NCBI RefSeq assembly: GCF_006345805.1
Contig: NC_043013.1
Location: 46,438,001 to 46,502,000 of the forward strand
DNA from: Octopus sinensis
Taxonomy: Eukaryota
Direction of reading: 5' to 3'
DNA length: 64,000 nt
The translations under genes were made by a program, and so were the position numbers. Within the stretch, counting starts at the first letter, position 1. Each line of letters begins with the position of its first letter. Below, one piece after another: positions 63,715-64,000 of this stretch. A model generated the notes under the pieces. That model did no database searches, was not told the origin of the DNA, and was given only the letters and a program-made list of their open reading frames with translations.

Positions 63715-64000
63715 CTACATTAATGTCAATATTATCCAACCAGTAATACTAACAATACTATAAATTAATGTTTACACGTGTATTGTCTTTACTGCTATAA
63801 AAGAAAAATCCACACACGTGTAGTGTAGCTTAAGACTCAGTAAATGATAAATTCTTCCAAGCAAACTGTACGGCTGAATCCTATTTCAAGAGCAGTCATT
63901 CAAGTTTAACAAGAATGTCGTTGCTGGAAGCTATCTTGCAAAGTCTACAATGTGATTTTTGTTAAATTACTTCTTGATTTTTATGCTCGCATTTATTTTC

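Overview
Repeat-saturated non-coding eukaryotic DNA. The SINE, LINE and microsatellite repertoire points to an Octopus (coleoid cephalopod) genome; this is inferred from repeat style, not from a search. I see no complete host protein-coding gene, only one possible 84-bp exon at 29-112. Nearly all ORFs in the six-frame track are microsatellite artefacts. Content: about 20 copies of a composite tRNA-headed SINE with an internal microsatellite (called family A here); about 15 loci of a second tRNA-headed SINE (family B), several as tandem arrays; further SINEs that share a head but differ in tail; decayed LINE fragments (RTE, CR1/L2-group, R4/Dong-like RLE, Penelope-like); DNA-transposon relics (Tigger/pogo, mariner, a hAT-like MITE carrying (CCCTAA)n, Helentron/HINE-like elements, fold-backs); minisatellites; and a 100-N gap. 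Most striking: five minimal type-I hammerhead-ribozyme motifs in short non-autonomous elements, one of them downstream of a tRNA-like Pol III head; a recurrent GGTA junction/target signature for family B; and a CR1/L2-group LINE whose 3' UTR matches the family A SINE tail.
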